A DNA stretch of 64,000 nucleotides from an uncultured Chloroflexia bacterium (lineage in GTDB: Bacteria; Chloroflexota; Limnocylindria; Limnocylindrales; CSP1-4), in contig CAVXPZ010000001.1 of NCBI GenBank assembly GCA_963763775.1, positions 288,001-352,000 on the forward strand, in the 5' to 3' direction. The notes beneath the pieces are model-generated. The model ran no database searches. It had not been told where the DNA came from and saw only the letters and a program-made list of their open reading frames with translations. Shown one piece after another: positions 24,120-35,185 of the stretch. A program made the translations under genes and the position numbers. The first letter of the stretch is position 1. Every line of letters begins with the position of its first letter.

Positions 24120-24234
24120 CGCGATCGACTCCTCCTACGTGAGACCTTCGCTTGATCTCATACCTCTGTGGATCGAGGCCAAATGGGTTGGGGTCAGGGC
24201 CTCACGGACCAGGACCCGCCGGTCGCCGGCCGGC

Positions 24235-25290
24235 TCAGGGCTTGCGCCTCCCGGCGCTCGAGGCGCGACGGACGAGTTCCGTGGCCAGGATCACGCGCCG
24301 TGGCACGGGATCCGAGCCTTCGACGAGATCGATGAGCTGTCGGGCCATCTCGTGGCCCATCTCCTCGATCGGCTGTCGGACACTGGTGAGGGCCGGACGG
24401 GTCGTCATGGCGACGGCCGAGTCGTCGAAGCCGGCGATCGCCACGTCCTCGGGGACGCGACGCCCGGCGGCGGCGAGCACGGTCATGGCCCCGGCGGCCG
24501 TCAGGTCGGACGCGGCGAAGACCGCGTCGATGTCCGGGCGGGCGGCCAGGAGCCGCTCCATGCCGGCGACGCCGCTCTCCTGGCTGAAGTCGCCGACCGC
24601 GACCAGATCCGGCGCGGCCGCGAGCCCGGCTTCCGCGAGGGCATCGTGATACCCCGCGAGTCGGTCGATGCCCGGCGCCATGTCAGCCGGGCCGGTGATC
24701 GTGGCGATGGTCTTGCGCCCGCCGGCGATCAGGTGCTCGACGGCGCTGCGTGCCCCGCCGCGATTGTCGACGTCGACGTAGCTGGCCGGGACGCCGTGCG
24801 GTGGCCGCCACCCGCCGACCACCACGGGCACCCCAGCGGCCGCGATGCGAGCCGGGAGGGGGTCGTCACCATGGAGGCTGACGAGCAGCGCCCCATCGAC
24901 GTGGCCCGCGGTGAGGTAGTCGGCGGTGCGGTGCGTCTCCGTCGGGGAGGAGGGCATCAACAACACGAGCTGGAGGTCTCGAGCCGCCAGGACGGTGCTG
25001 ATGCCGCGAAGGAGACGCGGGAAGAACGGATCACTGAAGAGCCGGCCGGTCGGCTCCGCGATGACGACGGCGATGGAGTCACTGCGCCTCGTGACGAGGC
25101 TGCGCGCCGCGCGGTTGGGGACGTAGCCCAGCTCGGCGATGGCGGCCTGGACGGATCGGCGGACGTCCGGGCTGACCCGCGGGGAGCCGTTCACGACGCG
25201 CGAGACGGTCGCGCGGGAGACACCGGAGCGCGACGCGACCTCCTCGAGGGTGGCGCCGTTGCGGCGGTCTCGCGTGATGCTTCGCGTCAC
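24235..25290 (-). CDS. LacI-family regulator, CelR/CebR-like
   Basis: TLEEVASRSGVSRATVSRVVNGSPRV HTH; YVPNRAARSL; VPEDVAIAGFDD. Confidence 0.93.
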   Translation of the reverse strand: MTRSITRDRRNGATLEEVASRSGVSRATVSRVVNGSPRVSPDVRRSVQAAIAELGYVPNRAARSLVTRRSDSIAVVIAEPTGRLFSDPFFPRLLRGISTVLAARDLQLVLLMPSSPTETHRTADYLTAGHVDGALLVSLHGDDPLPARIAAAGVPVVVGGWRPPHGVPASYVDVDNRGGARSAVEHLIAGGRKTIATITGPADMAPGIDRLAGYHDALAEAGLAAAPDLVAVGDFSQESGVAGMERLLAARPDIDAVFAASDLTAAGAMTVLAAAGRRVPEDVAIAGFDDSAVAMTTRPALTSVRQPIEEMGHEMARQLIDLVEGSDPVPRRVILATELVRRASSAGRRKP

Positions 25291-25308
25291 GGTATCGCAT
25301 CCCTCGTA

Positions 25309-25322
25309 TGAGAGCGCTCTCA
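25309..25322. promoter_or_regulatory. LacI operator 1 TGAGAGCGCTCTCA
   Basis: Perfect 14-bp palindrome resembling the CelR/CebR box TGGGAGCGCTCCCA. Confidence 0.85.
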
Positions 25323-25348
25323 CGCTCGATACGCACCATAACAGGGCG

Positions 25349-25367
25349 TGTCAAGAGAGCGCTCTCA
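25349..25367 (-). promoter_or_regulatory. TTGACA -35 element abutting LacI operator 2 AGAGAGCGCTCTCA
   Basis: tgtcaa at 25349-25354 (TTGACA on minus); operator copy at 25354-25367. Confidence 0.8.
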
Positions 25368-25484
25368 CGCACGGATGGTGACGTTCCGGAGACATCCCGG
25401 TGCCGGGACGAGCCGTCGCGGACTCGTCCGGACCGCCCGGCGGACGCCGGGCCGCAAGGCGGTGGCCTATGCGAAACTAGGCCC

Positions 25485-26987
25485 ATGGTCGAGACCGCCG
25501 CCACGCCCGCGCCTGCCCCCGGTCCGTCCGCTGCGGAGCGGTACGAGGCCGTGATCGGCATCGAGGTCCACTGCCAGCTCAAGACGGCCTCGAAGATGTT
25601 CTGCGGGTGCTCGACCGAGTACGACGGCGCCCCGCCGAACAGCCACGTGTGCCCGGTCTGCCTGGGTCTGCCCGGCGCCCTGCCGGTCATCAACCGACGC
25701 GCCGTCGAGCATGTCCTCGCGACCGGCCTCGCGATCGAGGCCACGGTGCCCGACGCCACTCGATGGGACCGCAAGAACTACTTCTACCCGGACCTCCCGA
25801 AGGGCTACCAGATCAGCCAGTACGACCTGCCGCTGGCCTCGCTCGGGCGGCTCGCGTTCGAGACCTCCGACGGGCCGTTCACCGTCGTCATCACCCGGGC
25901 CCATCTCGAGGAGGACACGGCGAAGCTCGTCCATGCCGCCGCCGCGGACGGCCGGCGCGTCAGCCTCGTCGACTTCAACCGGTCGGGCGCCCCGCTGATG
26001 GAGATCGTCACGGAGCCGGACATCCGGACCGCGGAACAGGCACGCCGATACGCGGAGGAGTTGCAGCTCCTCCTGCGCTCGATCGGGGCCTCGGATGCGG
26101 ACATGGAGCGCGGCCAGATGCGCGTCGAGGCCAATGTCTCGCTGCGCCGACGCGGGACCGAGCCCTTCGGGACGCGGGTCGAGGTCAAGAACATGAACTC
26201 GTTCCGCGCCGTCGAGCGCGCGATCGCCTTCGAGATCGAGCGGCAGGCCGTCGCCCTCGATGCCGGACAGCCGCTGCTCCAGGAGACGCGCGGCTGGTCG
26301 GAGGAGCGCGGCGAGACGTATCGGATGCGGGTCAAGGAGACCTCGGACGATTACCGGTACTTCCCGGAGCCGGACCTTCCGCCGCTGCATCTCGAGGCGT
26401 CGTGGCTGACGACGATCCGGGCGGCCCTCCCCGAGTTGCCGGCGGCTCGGCGGACGCGCTACCGCGACGAGCTGGGCCTCTCGCCGTACGACGCCGCCGT
26501 GCTGGTCGCCGATCCGGATGCGGCCGCCCTCTTCGAGGCCACGATGGCCGCGGACCCGGGCCTGCCGGCCAAGACCGTCGCGAACTGGGTCACCGGGGAG
26601 TACCTGAAGCTGCGCAATGCCGCCTCGGCGGGCGTCACCGTCGCCGCGCCGGAGTTCGCCGCGGTCATCGCGGCCGTCGCGAACGGGTCGATCTCGCGGG
26701 CCAACGGGCGCGAGGTGCTCGAGGCCCATGTCGAGTCCGGCGCGACGGCGCGCTCGATCATCGAGGCCCGCGGCTTCCGCCAGATCTCCGACGCGGGCGC
26801 CATCGCCTCGGTGGTCGCGGACGTCCTGGCGGCGAACCCCGCGGCGGTCGCGGACTATCGCGCCGGCAAGCAGCAGGCCGTCGGGTTCCTCATCGGCCAG
26901 GTCATGAAGGCGACGAAGGGACAGGCCGACGCGGCGATGGCCGGCGACGCCGTGCGAGCGGCACTGGCGTCGTCCGCGGAGGGCTGA
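25485..26987 (+). CDS. gatB: Asp/Glu-tRNA amidotransferase subunit B
   Basis: VIGIEVHCQL, RKNYFYPDLPKGYQISQ, EVKNMNS, DYRYFPEPDL. Confidence 0.97.
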   Translation: MVETAATPAPAPGPSAAERYEAVIGIEVHCQLKTASKMFCGCSTEYDGAPPNSHVCPVCLGLPGALPVINRRAVEHVLATGLAIEATVPDATRWDRKNYFYPDLPKGYQISQYDLPLASLGRLAFETSDGPFTVVITRAHLEEDTAKLVHAAAADGRRVSLVDFNRSGAPLMEIVTEPDIRTAEQARRYAEELQLLLRSIGASDADMERGQMRVEANVSLRRRGTEPFGTRVEVKNMNSFRAVERAIAFEIERQAVALDAGQPLLQETRGWSEERGETYRMRVKETSDDYRYFPEPDLPPLHLEASWLTTIRAALPELPAARRTRYRDELGLSPYDAAVLVADPDAAALFEATMAADPGLPAKTVANWVTGEYLKLRNAASAGVTVAAPEFAAVIAAVANGSISRANGREVLEAHVESGATARSIIEARGFRQISDAGAIASVVADVLAANPAAVADYRAGKQQAVGFLIGQVMKATKGQADAAMAGDAVRAALASSAEG

Positions 26988-26989
26988 CG

Positions 26990-27262
26990 ATGGGCGCGAT
27001 CAACCTCATCCTGTGGCTCGCCGGGATCGCCCTGATCGCGATCGGCTACACGCGCGCCAGAGGGCCGTGGTCGCGGTACCAGGCCCTCAAGGCCCAGGAC
27101 GCGAACGTGGCCCGCTACGAGGCCTGGCGAGGGGGGACCCGCGACGATGGCAAGACCGGCGCCTCGGTGGCGATGGAGGTGCTCCGACGACAGGCGCAGG
27201 TGGGCGGCCTGATCGCGATCGCCGGCTTCGTCCTGGTGTTCCTCGGCTTCCTGATCAAGTGA
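26990..27262 (+). CDS. Small two-TM membrane protein
   Basis: Hydrophobic termini; tightly packed between gatB and the next gene. Confidence 0.75.
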   Translation: MGAINLILWLAGIALIAIGYTRARGPWSRYQALKAQDANVARYEAWRGGTRDDGKTGASVAMEVLRRQAQVGGLIAIAGFVLVFLGFLIK

Positions 27263-28421
27263 CGCGCGAGCGAACGCACGGACAGGGGTTCGCGACGCGG
27301 GCCATCCATGCGGGCGAGCGGCCGGACCCCACGACGCGGGCGCACAACACGCCGATCTACGCCACGGCCACCTTCGCCTTCGATTTCAGCCGCGGAGAAG
27401 GAGGACGCCGTCGACCGCTCCATGGCGTGGGAGCCGGACAGCTACTTCTATTCCCGGACCGGGAATCCGACGACGCGCGCGCTCGAGGAGAAGATCGCCT
27501 CGCTCGAGGGCGCGGAAGACGCCGTGGTCTCGTCGTCCGGGATGGCCGCCGTGTCGGCCACGCTGCTGGCACACCTCGGATCCGGCGACCACGTCGTCGT
27601 CGGCGACGAGCTGTTCGTGATCACCAAGGTGCTGCTCGAGGATGACTTCCCGCGGCGCGGGATCGCCGTCACCCCGGTCGACATGACGGACCTCGCCGCG
27701 GTCGAGGCCGCCATCACCCCCGCGACGAGGATGCTCTTCCTCGAGACGTCCACGAACCCGCGACTGCGCATCGCGGACCTCGATGCGGTCGCGGCGCTGG
27801 CGCACCGCCACGGGCTCACCGTCCTCGCCGACAACACGTTCCTCGGGCCGGCGTTGCTGCGGCCGCTCGAGCACGGCGCCGACCTGGTCCTCCACGCCGC
27901 CACGAAGTTCCTGTCCGGGCACGGCGACGCGGTGTCCGGGGTCGTCTCGGGGCCGAAGGCGCTCCTCGACCCGATCCGAAAGCAGACCGACACCCTCGGC
28001 CAGGCGGCGAGCCCATTCTCCAGCTGGCTCGTCCTGCGCGGGGTCCGGACCCTGCCGCTGCGCTCACGGGCGGCGTCGGCCAACGCCGCCGCGCTGGCGG
28101 CGCTCCTCGAAGGGCACGCGGCCGTGGAGTGGGTCCGCTACCCGGGGCTGGCGTCGCACCCGGACCACGCGGTCGCTCGGCGACTGCTCGGGCGACCACG
28201 CCGGCGCCATGCTGACGTTCCAGCCGCGCGGCGGCCTCGAGGGGATGGCCGCCTTCACGGACCACCTGCGCCTGTGCGACATCGGGGTCAGCCTCGGGGA
28301 CGTCTACACGCTCGTCTACCCGCAGCCGAAGCGCGGCGGCCTCGTGCGCGTGTCCGTCGGCTGCGAGGACCTGGACGACCTGCTCGAGGATGTCCGGCTC
28401 GGGCTCTCGTTCGTCGCCTGA
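27259..28421 (+). CDS. Cys/Met metabolism PLP enzyme (methionine gamma-lyase/cystathionine synthase-like; frameshifts near 27385, 28190)
   Basis: YSRTGNPT, SSGMAA, ADNTF, HAATKFLSGHGD, VSLGDV, RVSVGCED. Confidence 0.88.
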
Positions 28422-28437
28422 GGACCGGATCCGACCG

Positions 28438-28938
28438 TCAGCGCCCGACGATCCGGCGCCACTCGATGGCCGTGCACCGGTCCATGACGACGCTGAGGCC
28501 GGCGGCCTGCGCGATCCGCGCCGCCTCCCAGTCCACCACGCCCAGCTGGAGCCACAGGCAGCGCGCCCCGGTGGCCACGGCCTCCTCTGCGTGCGGGACG
28601 CACAGCTCGGAGCGACGGAAGACGTCGACGATGTCGAACGGACCGGTCGCCGCCACGGCTTCCGGGAGTGAGCGGAAGGCCGGGACGCCCAGCACGTCGC
28701 GCACGTTCGGGTTGATCGGCACGCAGTCGAACCCGTTGTGCTGGAGGTAGCGGAAGACCGTGTAGGACGGACGGCTCGGATCGCCGGACGCCCCGATCAC
28801 CGCGATCCGCCGCGCGGCCCGCATGACCGCCTCGATCCCGGCGTCATCGAGCACCGGGACGGGCCCGCGTCCCTCGTGCAGGTCCAGGATCGCCGCCGTC
28901 CGGTCGCGGTCCGCCCGGTCGGGGCGCTCGGTGGTCAG
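28438..28938 (-). CDS. CoA-binding protein (YccU-like); start uncertain
   Basis: IAVIGASGDPSRPSY, DIVDVFRRS, LWLQLG, VMDRC. Confidence 0.85.
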   Translation of the reverse strand: MTTERPDRADRDRTAAILDLHEGRGPVPVLDDAGIEAVMRAARRIAVIGASGDPSRPSYTVFRYLQHNGFDCVPINPNVRDVLGVPAFRSLPEAVAATGPFDIVDVFRRSELCVPHAEEAVATGARCLWLQLGVVDWEAARIAQAAGLSVVMDRCTAIEWRRIVGR

Positions 28939-30011
28939 GTCGCCGCCTCGCGTTCGTATGGCTGGCCGTCGGCGGCAGGCGGGATGCTGCGGCCGACCAC
29001 GCCGGCCAGGATGACGATCGTCACGATGTACGGCAGCGCGTCGAAGAACTGGTTGGGGAGCGAGGACAGCAGCGACCCGAGCTCGCCCTCGGGCGGCGCG
29101 ATCCGGATCGACTGGCTGATGCCCACGGACGAGGCGAACAACAGGGCCGCGCCGAACGCGCCCAGCGGGGACCAGCGCCCGACGATCATCGCCGCGAGGC
29201 CGATGAACCCGCGGCCGGCGGTCATCCCGGCCTGGAACGACGCCGTGGCCTCCATGCTCAGGTAGGCGCCGCCGAGCGCGGCCAGGACGCCGCCGGCGAG
29301 GACGTTGCGGTAGCGGAGCCGGATGACGTCGATGCCGACGGTCTCGGCCGCCCGCGGATGCTCGCCGACCGACCGGGTGCGCAGGCCCCAGCGGGACCGG
29401 AACAGGAAGATCTGGAACAGCACCACCGCGAACAGGAGCGTGATCCCGAGCGGACCCTGGTCCAGGAACGTCTCGAAGACCCAGCCGACGACCGGGATGC
29501 CGACGAGCCAGTCCGGCGGCGCGAAGTGCGTGAAGGCGCCGGCGCCGGTCGGCGAGCTCTTGGCGAGGAGCGTGTTGAGGTAGCCGGTGATGCCGAACGC
29601 GGCGATGTTGATGATCGTGCCGCTGATGATCTGGTCGGCGCGGACGGAGATCGACAACCAGGCGTGCAGGGCCGACACGACGAGGCCGCTGAGGATCGCC
29701 AGGACGAGGGCGATGATGAGCGCTGGGTTGGCCCCGAAGATGCCGGTCGTCTGCGTGCCGACGAGCGGCACGAGGTAGACGCCGGCGGCCCAGCCCACGA
29801 ACGCGGCGACGAGCATCGTGCCCTCGATGCCGATGTTGACGACGCCGGACCGCTCGCACATGACGCCGCACAGCGCCGCGAAGGCGATCGGGATGGCCGC
29901 GCTGAACGTGATCGGCGCGATCACCGGGAGGACGGCGATGAAGTACCCGACGGCCTGGATGACCAGGCCCAGGATCGGGATGCCGTACAGGGCGTTGATC
30001 AGCTCGTTCAT
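28935..30011 (-). CDS. Nucleoside/simple-sugar ABC permease
   Basis: ERSGVVNIGIEG, GEHPRAAETVGI, AGRGFIGLAA. Confidence 0.9.
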   Translation of the reverse strand: MNELINALYGIPILGLVIQAVGYFIAVLPVIAPITFSAAIPIAFAALCGVMCERSGVVNIGIEGTMLVAAFVGWAAGVYLVPLVGTQTTGIFGANPALIIALVLAILSGLVVSALHAWLSISVRADQIISGTIINIAAFGITGYLNTLLAKSSPTGAGAFTHFAPPDWLVGIPVVGWVFETFLDQGPLGITLLFAVVLFQIFLFRSRWGLRTRSVGEHPRAAETVGIDVIRLRYRNVLAGGVLAALGGAYLSMEATASFQAGMTAGRGFIGLAAMIVGRWSPLGAFGAALLFASSVGISQSIRIAPPEGELGSLLSSLPNQFFDALPYIVTIVILAGVVGRSIPPAADGQPYEREAAT

Positions 30012-31136
30012 CAGCGCACCGTGGCCTCGCCGCCGTAGGTCTTGGTGAACGTCCCGGTGTCATCGATGGCGGACTTCGCGCCCTTCAGGTGGAAGACGCG
30101 CTGGATGACCGGGCTCGCGACGAGGAAGAACAGGATCGTCGCCTGCAGGACCCCGACGAGCTCGGCCGGGACGCCGGCCTGGATCTGCATGGCCGAGGCG
30201 CCGCTGCGCATCGCCCCGAACAGGAGCGCGGCCAGGACGATGCCGAGCGGGCTCGTCCGGCCAAGCAGCGCCACCGCGATGGCGTCGAAGCCGACCGTGG
30301 TGCCGTACGACGCCGTCATGTGGTGCGTGACGCCGAGGAGCTCGGTGGCGCCGCCCATGCCGGCGAGCAGGCCGGCCATCGTCATCGTCCAGATGATGAT
30401 CCGCCGGGGCGACATGCCCGCGTAGCGAGCCGCGTCGGGGTTCGCGCCGGCCGTCCGGATCTCGAACCCGCGGGTCGTCCGGAAGAGGAGCCAGCCGTAC
30501 ACGATGGCCATCAGCGGCGCGAAGATGATGCCCGAGGTGACCGTTGCGCCCGAGGATGATCGGGAGCGACGCATTGCCCGACATCGACGCGTGATCGGCG
30601 ACGGCGACGCCTCGACGTCGAGCGGCCCGCTGACCGCCCACGCGAGGATCGCGATCGCGACGAAGTTGAGCATGATCGTCGTGACGACCTCGTGGGCGCC
30701 CGACGTGGCCTTGAGGAACCCGGGGATGAAGCCCCATCCGGCCCCGAACAGGGCGCCGACGGCGCAGCGCGATCGGCAGCGCGATCACGCCGGGCTGCTC
30801 GCGGAGCGCGACGCCGGCGATGACCGCACCGAGTGCGCCCATCAGGAACTGCCCCTGGGCGCCGATGTTGAACAGCCCGGCCTTGAACGCGAGCCCGACG
30901 GACAGGCCGCCGAGGATCAGCGGCACGGTGTTGACGAGCGTGTTGACGATCGAGTTGAAGTTGCCGACCGCGCCGTTGATCAGCGCGCCGTAGGCCGACA
31001 CGGCCAGGCCCGGCTGGAACTCCTTGGTGACCAGCCACTCGGAGAGGATGATCACGATCGAGCCGACGAGGACCGAGAGGACGATCGAGATGAGGGGCAG
31101 GGCGACGATGTCCCAGCCCCGTCGCACGCGCGCCAT
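30011..31136 (-). CDS. Nucleoside/simple-sugar ABC permease (frameshifts about 30540-30770)
   Basis: FKAGLFNIGAQGQ, MLNFVA, GANPDAARYAG, GFDAIAVALL. Confidence 0.85.
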
Positions 31137-32709
31137 CAGGCGGCGCTCCCGGGCGTGGTCTCGGCCGCGGCCTGGTGGCCACCCGTCGCCATCAGCAGGC
31201 CGACCTCGTTCTTGTCCGCCGTGCGCCCGTCGAGGACCGCGACGATCCGGCCGCCGTACATCACCGCCACCCGGTCCGACAGCTCCATGACCTCGTCGAG
31301 CTCCGCCGAGACCAGGAGGATGGCCGTGCCGGCGTCCCGTTTCGCGATGGCCTGCAGATGGATGAACTCGATGCTGCCGACGTCCAGGCCGCGGGTCGGC
31401 TGGTCGAGCACGAGGAGCCGCAGGTCGCGAGCGAACTCGCGCGCGACGACGATCTTCTGCTGGTTCCCGCCCGACAGGGTCGCGGCCTTCACATCGGCCG
31501 ACGGCGTGCGGATGTCGAACGCCTTGATCCGCTCGTTCGCCATCGCGTCGATCGCGGCGTCGTTGCGCAGGATGCCGCGGGCGTACGGGGCGCGGTGGTA
31601 GTCGGTCAGGACGAGGTTCTCGCTGACCGGGAACGACAGCACGAGGCCGAACCGGTGGCGGTCGGCCGGGACGTAGGCCACGCCGTGGCCGTAGACGGCC
31701 CTTGGAGACTGCCCCGTGATGTCCGTCCCGTCCAGCGTGACCGAGCCCGACGTCGGCCGCCGCAGGCCGATGAGGGCTTCGACGAGCTCGTCCTGGCCAT
31801 TGCCGGCCACCCCGGCGACACCGAGGATCTCGCCCGCGCGGACCTCGAGGTCGACGCCCTTCACCGCCTCCTGGCCGCGGTCGTCGTTGACGCGGAGGTC
31901 CGTGATCCGCAGGGCGGCGTCGGCGGGGTGTGAGATGCCGCGGTCGACGGTGAGCGAGACCTCGCGGCCGACCATCAGCTCGGCGAGGTCGTCCTCGTCG
32001 GTCTCGGCCGGCACCCGCTCGCCGACGACCTTGCCGCGCCGGATGACGCGTGATCCGGTCCGCGATCTCGAGGACCTCGTAGAGCTTGTGGCTGATGAAG
32101 ACGATGCTGTGGCCCTCGGCGGCGAGCCGTCGCAGGACGACGAAGATCTCCTCGGTCTCCTGCGGGGTGAGCACGGCCGTGGGCTCATCGAGGACCAGGA
32201 TCTTCGCGTCCCGGTACAGCGCCTTGAGGATCTCGACGCGCTGCTGCCAGCCCACCGACAGCGACCCGACCTTCGCGTCGGGGTCGACTTCGAACCCGAA
32301 CCGGCGCCCGAGGTCGACGATCCGTCGATGGGCCTCCTTCCGGTCGAGGAAGAACGGATTGGCCATCGTCTCCTCGCCGAGGACGATGTTCTCCGCGACG
32401 GTGAGCACCGGGACCAGCATGAAGTGCTGGTGGACCATGCTGATGCCCCGCGCGATCGCGTCGGACGGGCCGGTCAGGTGGACCTCGGCGCCGTCGAGCA
32501 GGATCTGCGCCCTCGTCCGGGCGTGCCAGCCCGTAGAGGATGTTCATGAGGGTGGTCTTGCCCGCGCCGTTCTCGCCGAGGAGGGCGTGGATCTCGCCGG
32601 GCCGGATGTCGAGGTCGATGCCGTCGTTGGCGACGACCCCCGGATAGCGCTTCGTGATGCCGCGCATCTCGAGCGCGGGCGCCTGGACCGTCTCGGGCAC
32701 CGCGGTCAT
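31136..32709 (-). CDS. ABC ATPase with two domains (frameshifts near 32510, 32050)
   Basis: [34 protein letters not shown]. Confidence 0.9.
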
Positions 32710-32750
32710 GGTCCTCTCCGGGGTGAGGCGAGGTCGTCAGGGGGAGAGGA

Positions 32751-32777
32751 GCGGGCCGGCCGTGATGGCCGGCCCGC
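32751..32777 (-). terminator. Intercistronic hairpin after BMP gene
   Basis: 11-bp stem gcgggccggcc/ggccggcccgc. Confidence 0.55.
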
Positions 32778-32792
32778 GTGATCGCCTGTCGG

Positions 32793-34014
32793 CTACTTCG
32801 TGCCGATCGGGATGCCCGTCTTCCCGCAATCGGGAGCTGGCGGGCAGGAGACCGCCGTCCCGGCCGCCAGGGCGGCGGTCGCGGCGTCGATGGTCGTCTG
32901 GATGTCGGCCGGGAGCTTGCTCGCCGCATCGTAGAAGGGCGAGATGCCGATGCCGCCGTTGGAGGCGTTGAAGAAGGTCAGGCCGCCCTTGGCCGTGCCC
33001 GCACGCGATCGCCTGGATCTCGTCGGACACCGACTTGGACAGGTGCTTCTCCGCGCTCGTCAGGATGCAGGCCTGGGAGGCCGGGTACGACTCGTGCTGG
33101 TCGACGTCGACGCCGATGGCGTTGATGCCGGCTGCGCACGCGGCGTCGATGACGCCGTTGCCGGTGAGGCCGGCGACCTGGAACAGGACGTCGACGTCCT
33201 TGTTCTGCTTGAGGAACTGGTCACCGAACGTCTTGCCGGCGGCCTGATCGGCGAAGCCGACCTTGAAGTCGCTGTCGGAGACGAAGGCGGTCTTGACCTT
33301 GATGGCCGGGTTGACCGACTGCGCGCCGAGGGTGTAGCCCTGCATGTAGCGAACGCACGGTCCGCACAGGGAGACGCCGCCGATCGCGCCGATCGTGCCG
33401 GTCTTGCTCGCGTTCGCCGCCGCGATCCCGGCCAGATAGCCGGCCTGGTCCTCGGCGTAGTTGATCGCGATGTACTTCGGCAGGAGCTTCGAGACATCGC
33501 CCGAGCAGTCCGCGAACGTCGGATCGACGTCGCCCGTGGCGTTGATGCACGGGGCGTGGTCGACGCCGATGAACCAGATGTCCGGGTTGGCCTTCGCGAG
33601 CTTCGCGGTGGCCGGCACGAGGTTGAAGCCCGTGGCGACGATCACGTTGAAGCCCTGGTCGACGTAGGACTGCAGGAGCGGCTCGTAGTCCGCGTCGCTG
33701 GTCGGGACGACGACGGGCGGCACGGCTGCGCCGATCGCGGCGGCCCCGGCCTGGGCGCCCTTGTTCGTGTACTCGTTGAAGTTCTTGTCGTTGACGGTGC
33801 CGACGTCGGTGACGACGCCGATCTTGAGATCCGACGACGGCGCGGCCGACGACGGCGCGGCGGCCGACTCCGAGGGAGCGACCGACGGGGCCACGGACGG
33901 CGCGACGGACGCGGCCCCCGAGGCGGGGGCGCTCGACGTCCCAGCCGAGCTACAGGCCCCCACGATGATGGACAGTCCCGCGAACAGGACCAGTCCGGTA
34001 GAGCGGATGCGCAT
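32793..34014 (-). CDS. BMP-family nucleoside-binding lipoprotein (frameshifts near the 3' end)
   Basis: Lipobox IVGAC; VTDVGTVNDKNFN; QVAGLTGNG; AIGVDVDQ; LTSAEK. Confidence 0.88.
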
Positions 34015-34230
34015 GTGTCCTCCTCCAGATTTCGCGGTCCATGCGTCCACGACGGGCAGCTACCCAGGGATCGCCAGGGACCGGCGCGCGGTGGCCCCGA
34101 GCGGGCGCACACCGTTGCGGGCATCGTACTGACGGCACAGGTCACCGGCAAGCGCCGACGGCACGAGGCTTCGGTTGCAGGATAGGCGCGCGGACATCCG
34201 GCTGCCGGTCGGCTGCGCTACCCTCGGCGC

Positions 34231-35163
34231 GTGACGCGCCCGATCATCCTCGACTGCGATCCCGGTCACGACGACGCCCTCGCCATCGCGCTCGCGGTGG
34301 CCCGGCCGGAGCTCGACGTGCTGGCCGTCACGACGGTCGCCGGCAACGCGCCCCTGGACCGGACGACGAGGAACGCGTTGCGGGTCCTGACCCTCCTCGA
34401 CCGGACCTCGATCCCCGTCGCGTCGGGGGCGGAACGGCCCCTCGTCCGCGACCCGTGGGTCCCCGTCGAGTTCCACGGGCCGTCCGGCCTGGACGGGGCG
34501 GACCTGCCCGAACCGGCGGTCGGAGCCGTCAGTCTGTCCGCGCTGGAGCTGGCCGCCTCGATCCTGCGGGCGGCGGACGCGCCGGTCACGATCGTGGCGA
34601 CGGGGCCGCTGACGAACGTGGCGCTCCTGCTCCGGGCCACGCCCGCGCTCCGCGACCGGATCGCCGAGATCTCGTTGATGGGCGGGTCGCTGGGGGAGGG
34701 GAACACCACCGCGGCGGCGGAGTTCAACATCTGGGCGGACCCCGAGGCCGCCGCCGTCGTGTTCGAGAGCGGGATCCCGATCCGCATGGCCGGCCTCGAC
34801 ATCACGCACCAGGCCCTCGTGCTCCCCGCGGACGTCGAGCGGCTCGAGGCGCTCGGGACGCGGCCCGGCCGGGTCTTCGCGGACCTCATGCGGTTCTTCG
34901 CTGTCCACCATCGCGACCGGTACGGCTGGGATGGACCGCCGATCCATGACGCCGTCGCGGTGGCCTGGCTCGTGGCACCGGAGCTCATCCAGGCCCGGTC
35001 GTTGCGCGTCGATGTCGAGACGGGTGGGACCGTGACCCGCGGTCGGACGGTCGCCGACCCCGAGGGTCTCTCGGGCCGGCCCACGAACGCGCTCGTCGGG
35101 ATGGCCATCGACCGGGCCGGGCTGATGGACCTGATCGTGGACGCGGTCGGGCGGTTCTCGTGA
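34231..35163 (+). CDS. Inosine/uridine-preferring nucleoside hydrolase
   Basis: DCDPGHDDA, ATGPLTN, AEFNIWADP, IHDA. Confidence 0.93.
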   Translation: MTRPIILDCDPGHDDALAIALAVARPELDVLAVTTVAGNAPLDRTTRNALRVLTLLDRTSIPVASGAERPLVRDPWVPVEFHGPSGLDGADLPEPAVGAVSLSALELAASILRAADAPVTIVATGPLTNVALLLRATPALRDRIAEISLMGGSLGEGNTTAAAEFNIWADPEAAAVVFESGIPIRMAGLDITHQALVLPADVERLEALGTRPGRVFADLMRFFAVHHRDRYGWDGPPIHDAVAVAWLVAPELIQARSLRVDVETGGTVTRGRTVADPEGLSGRPTNALVGMAIDRAGLMDLIVDAVGRFS

Positions 35164-35185
35164 CGGCCGCGCGGTCGGCTCGGCC

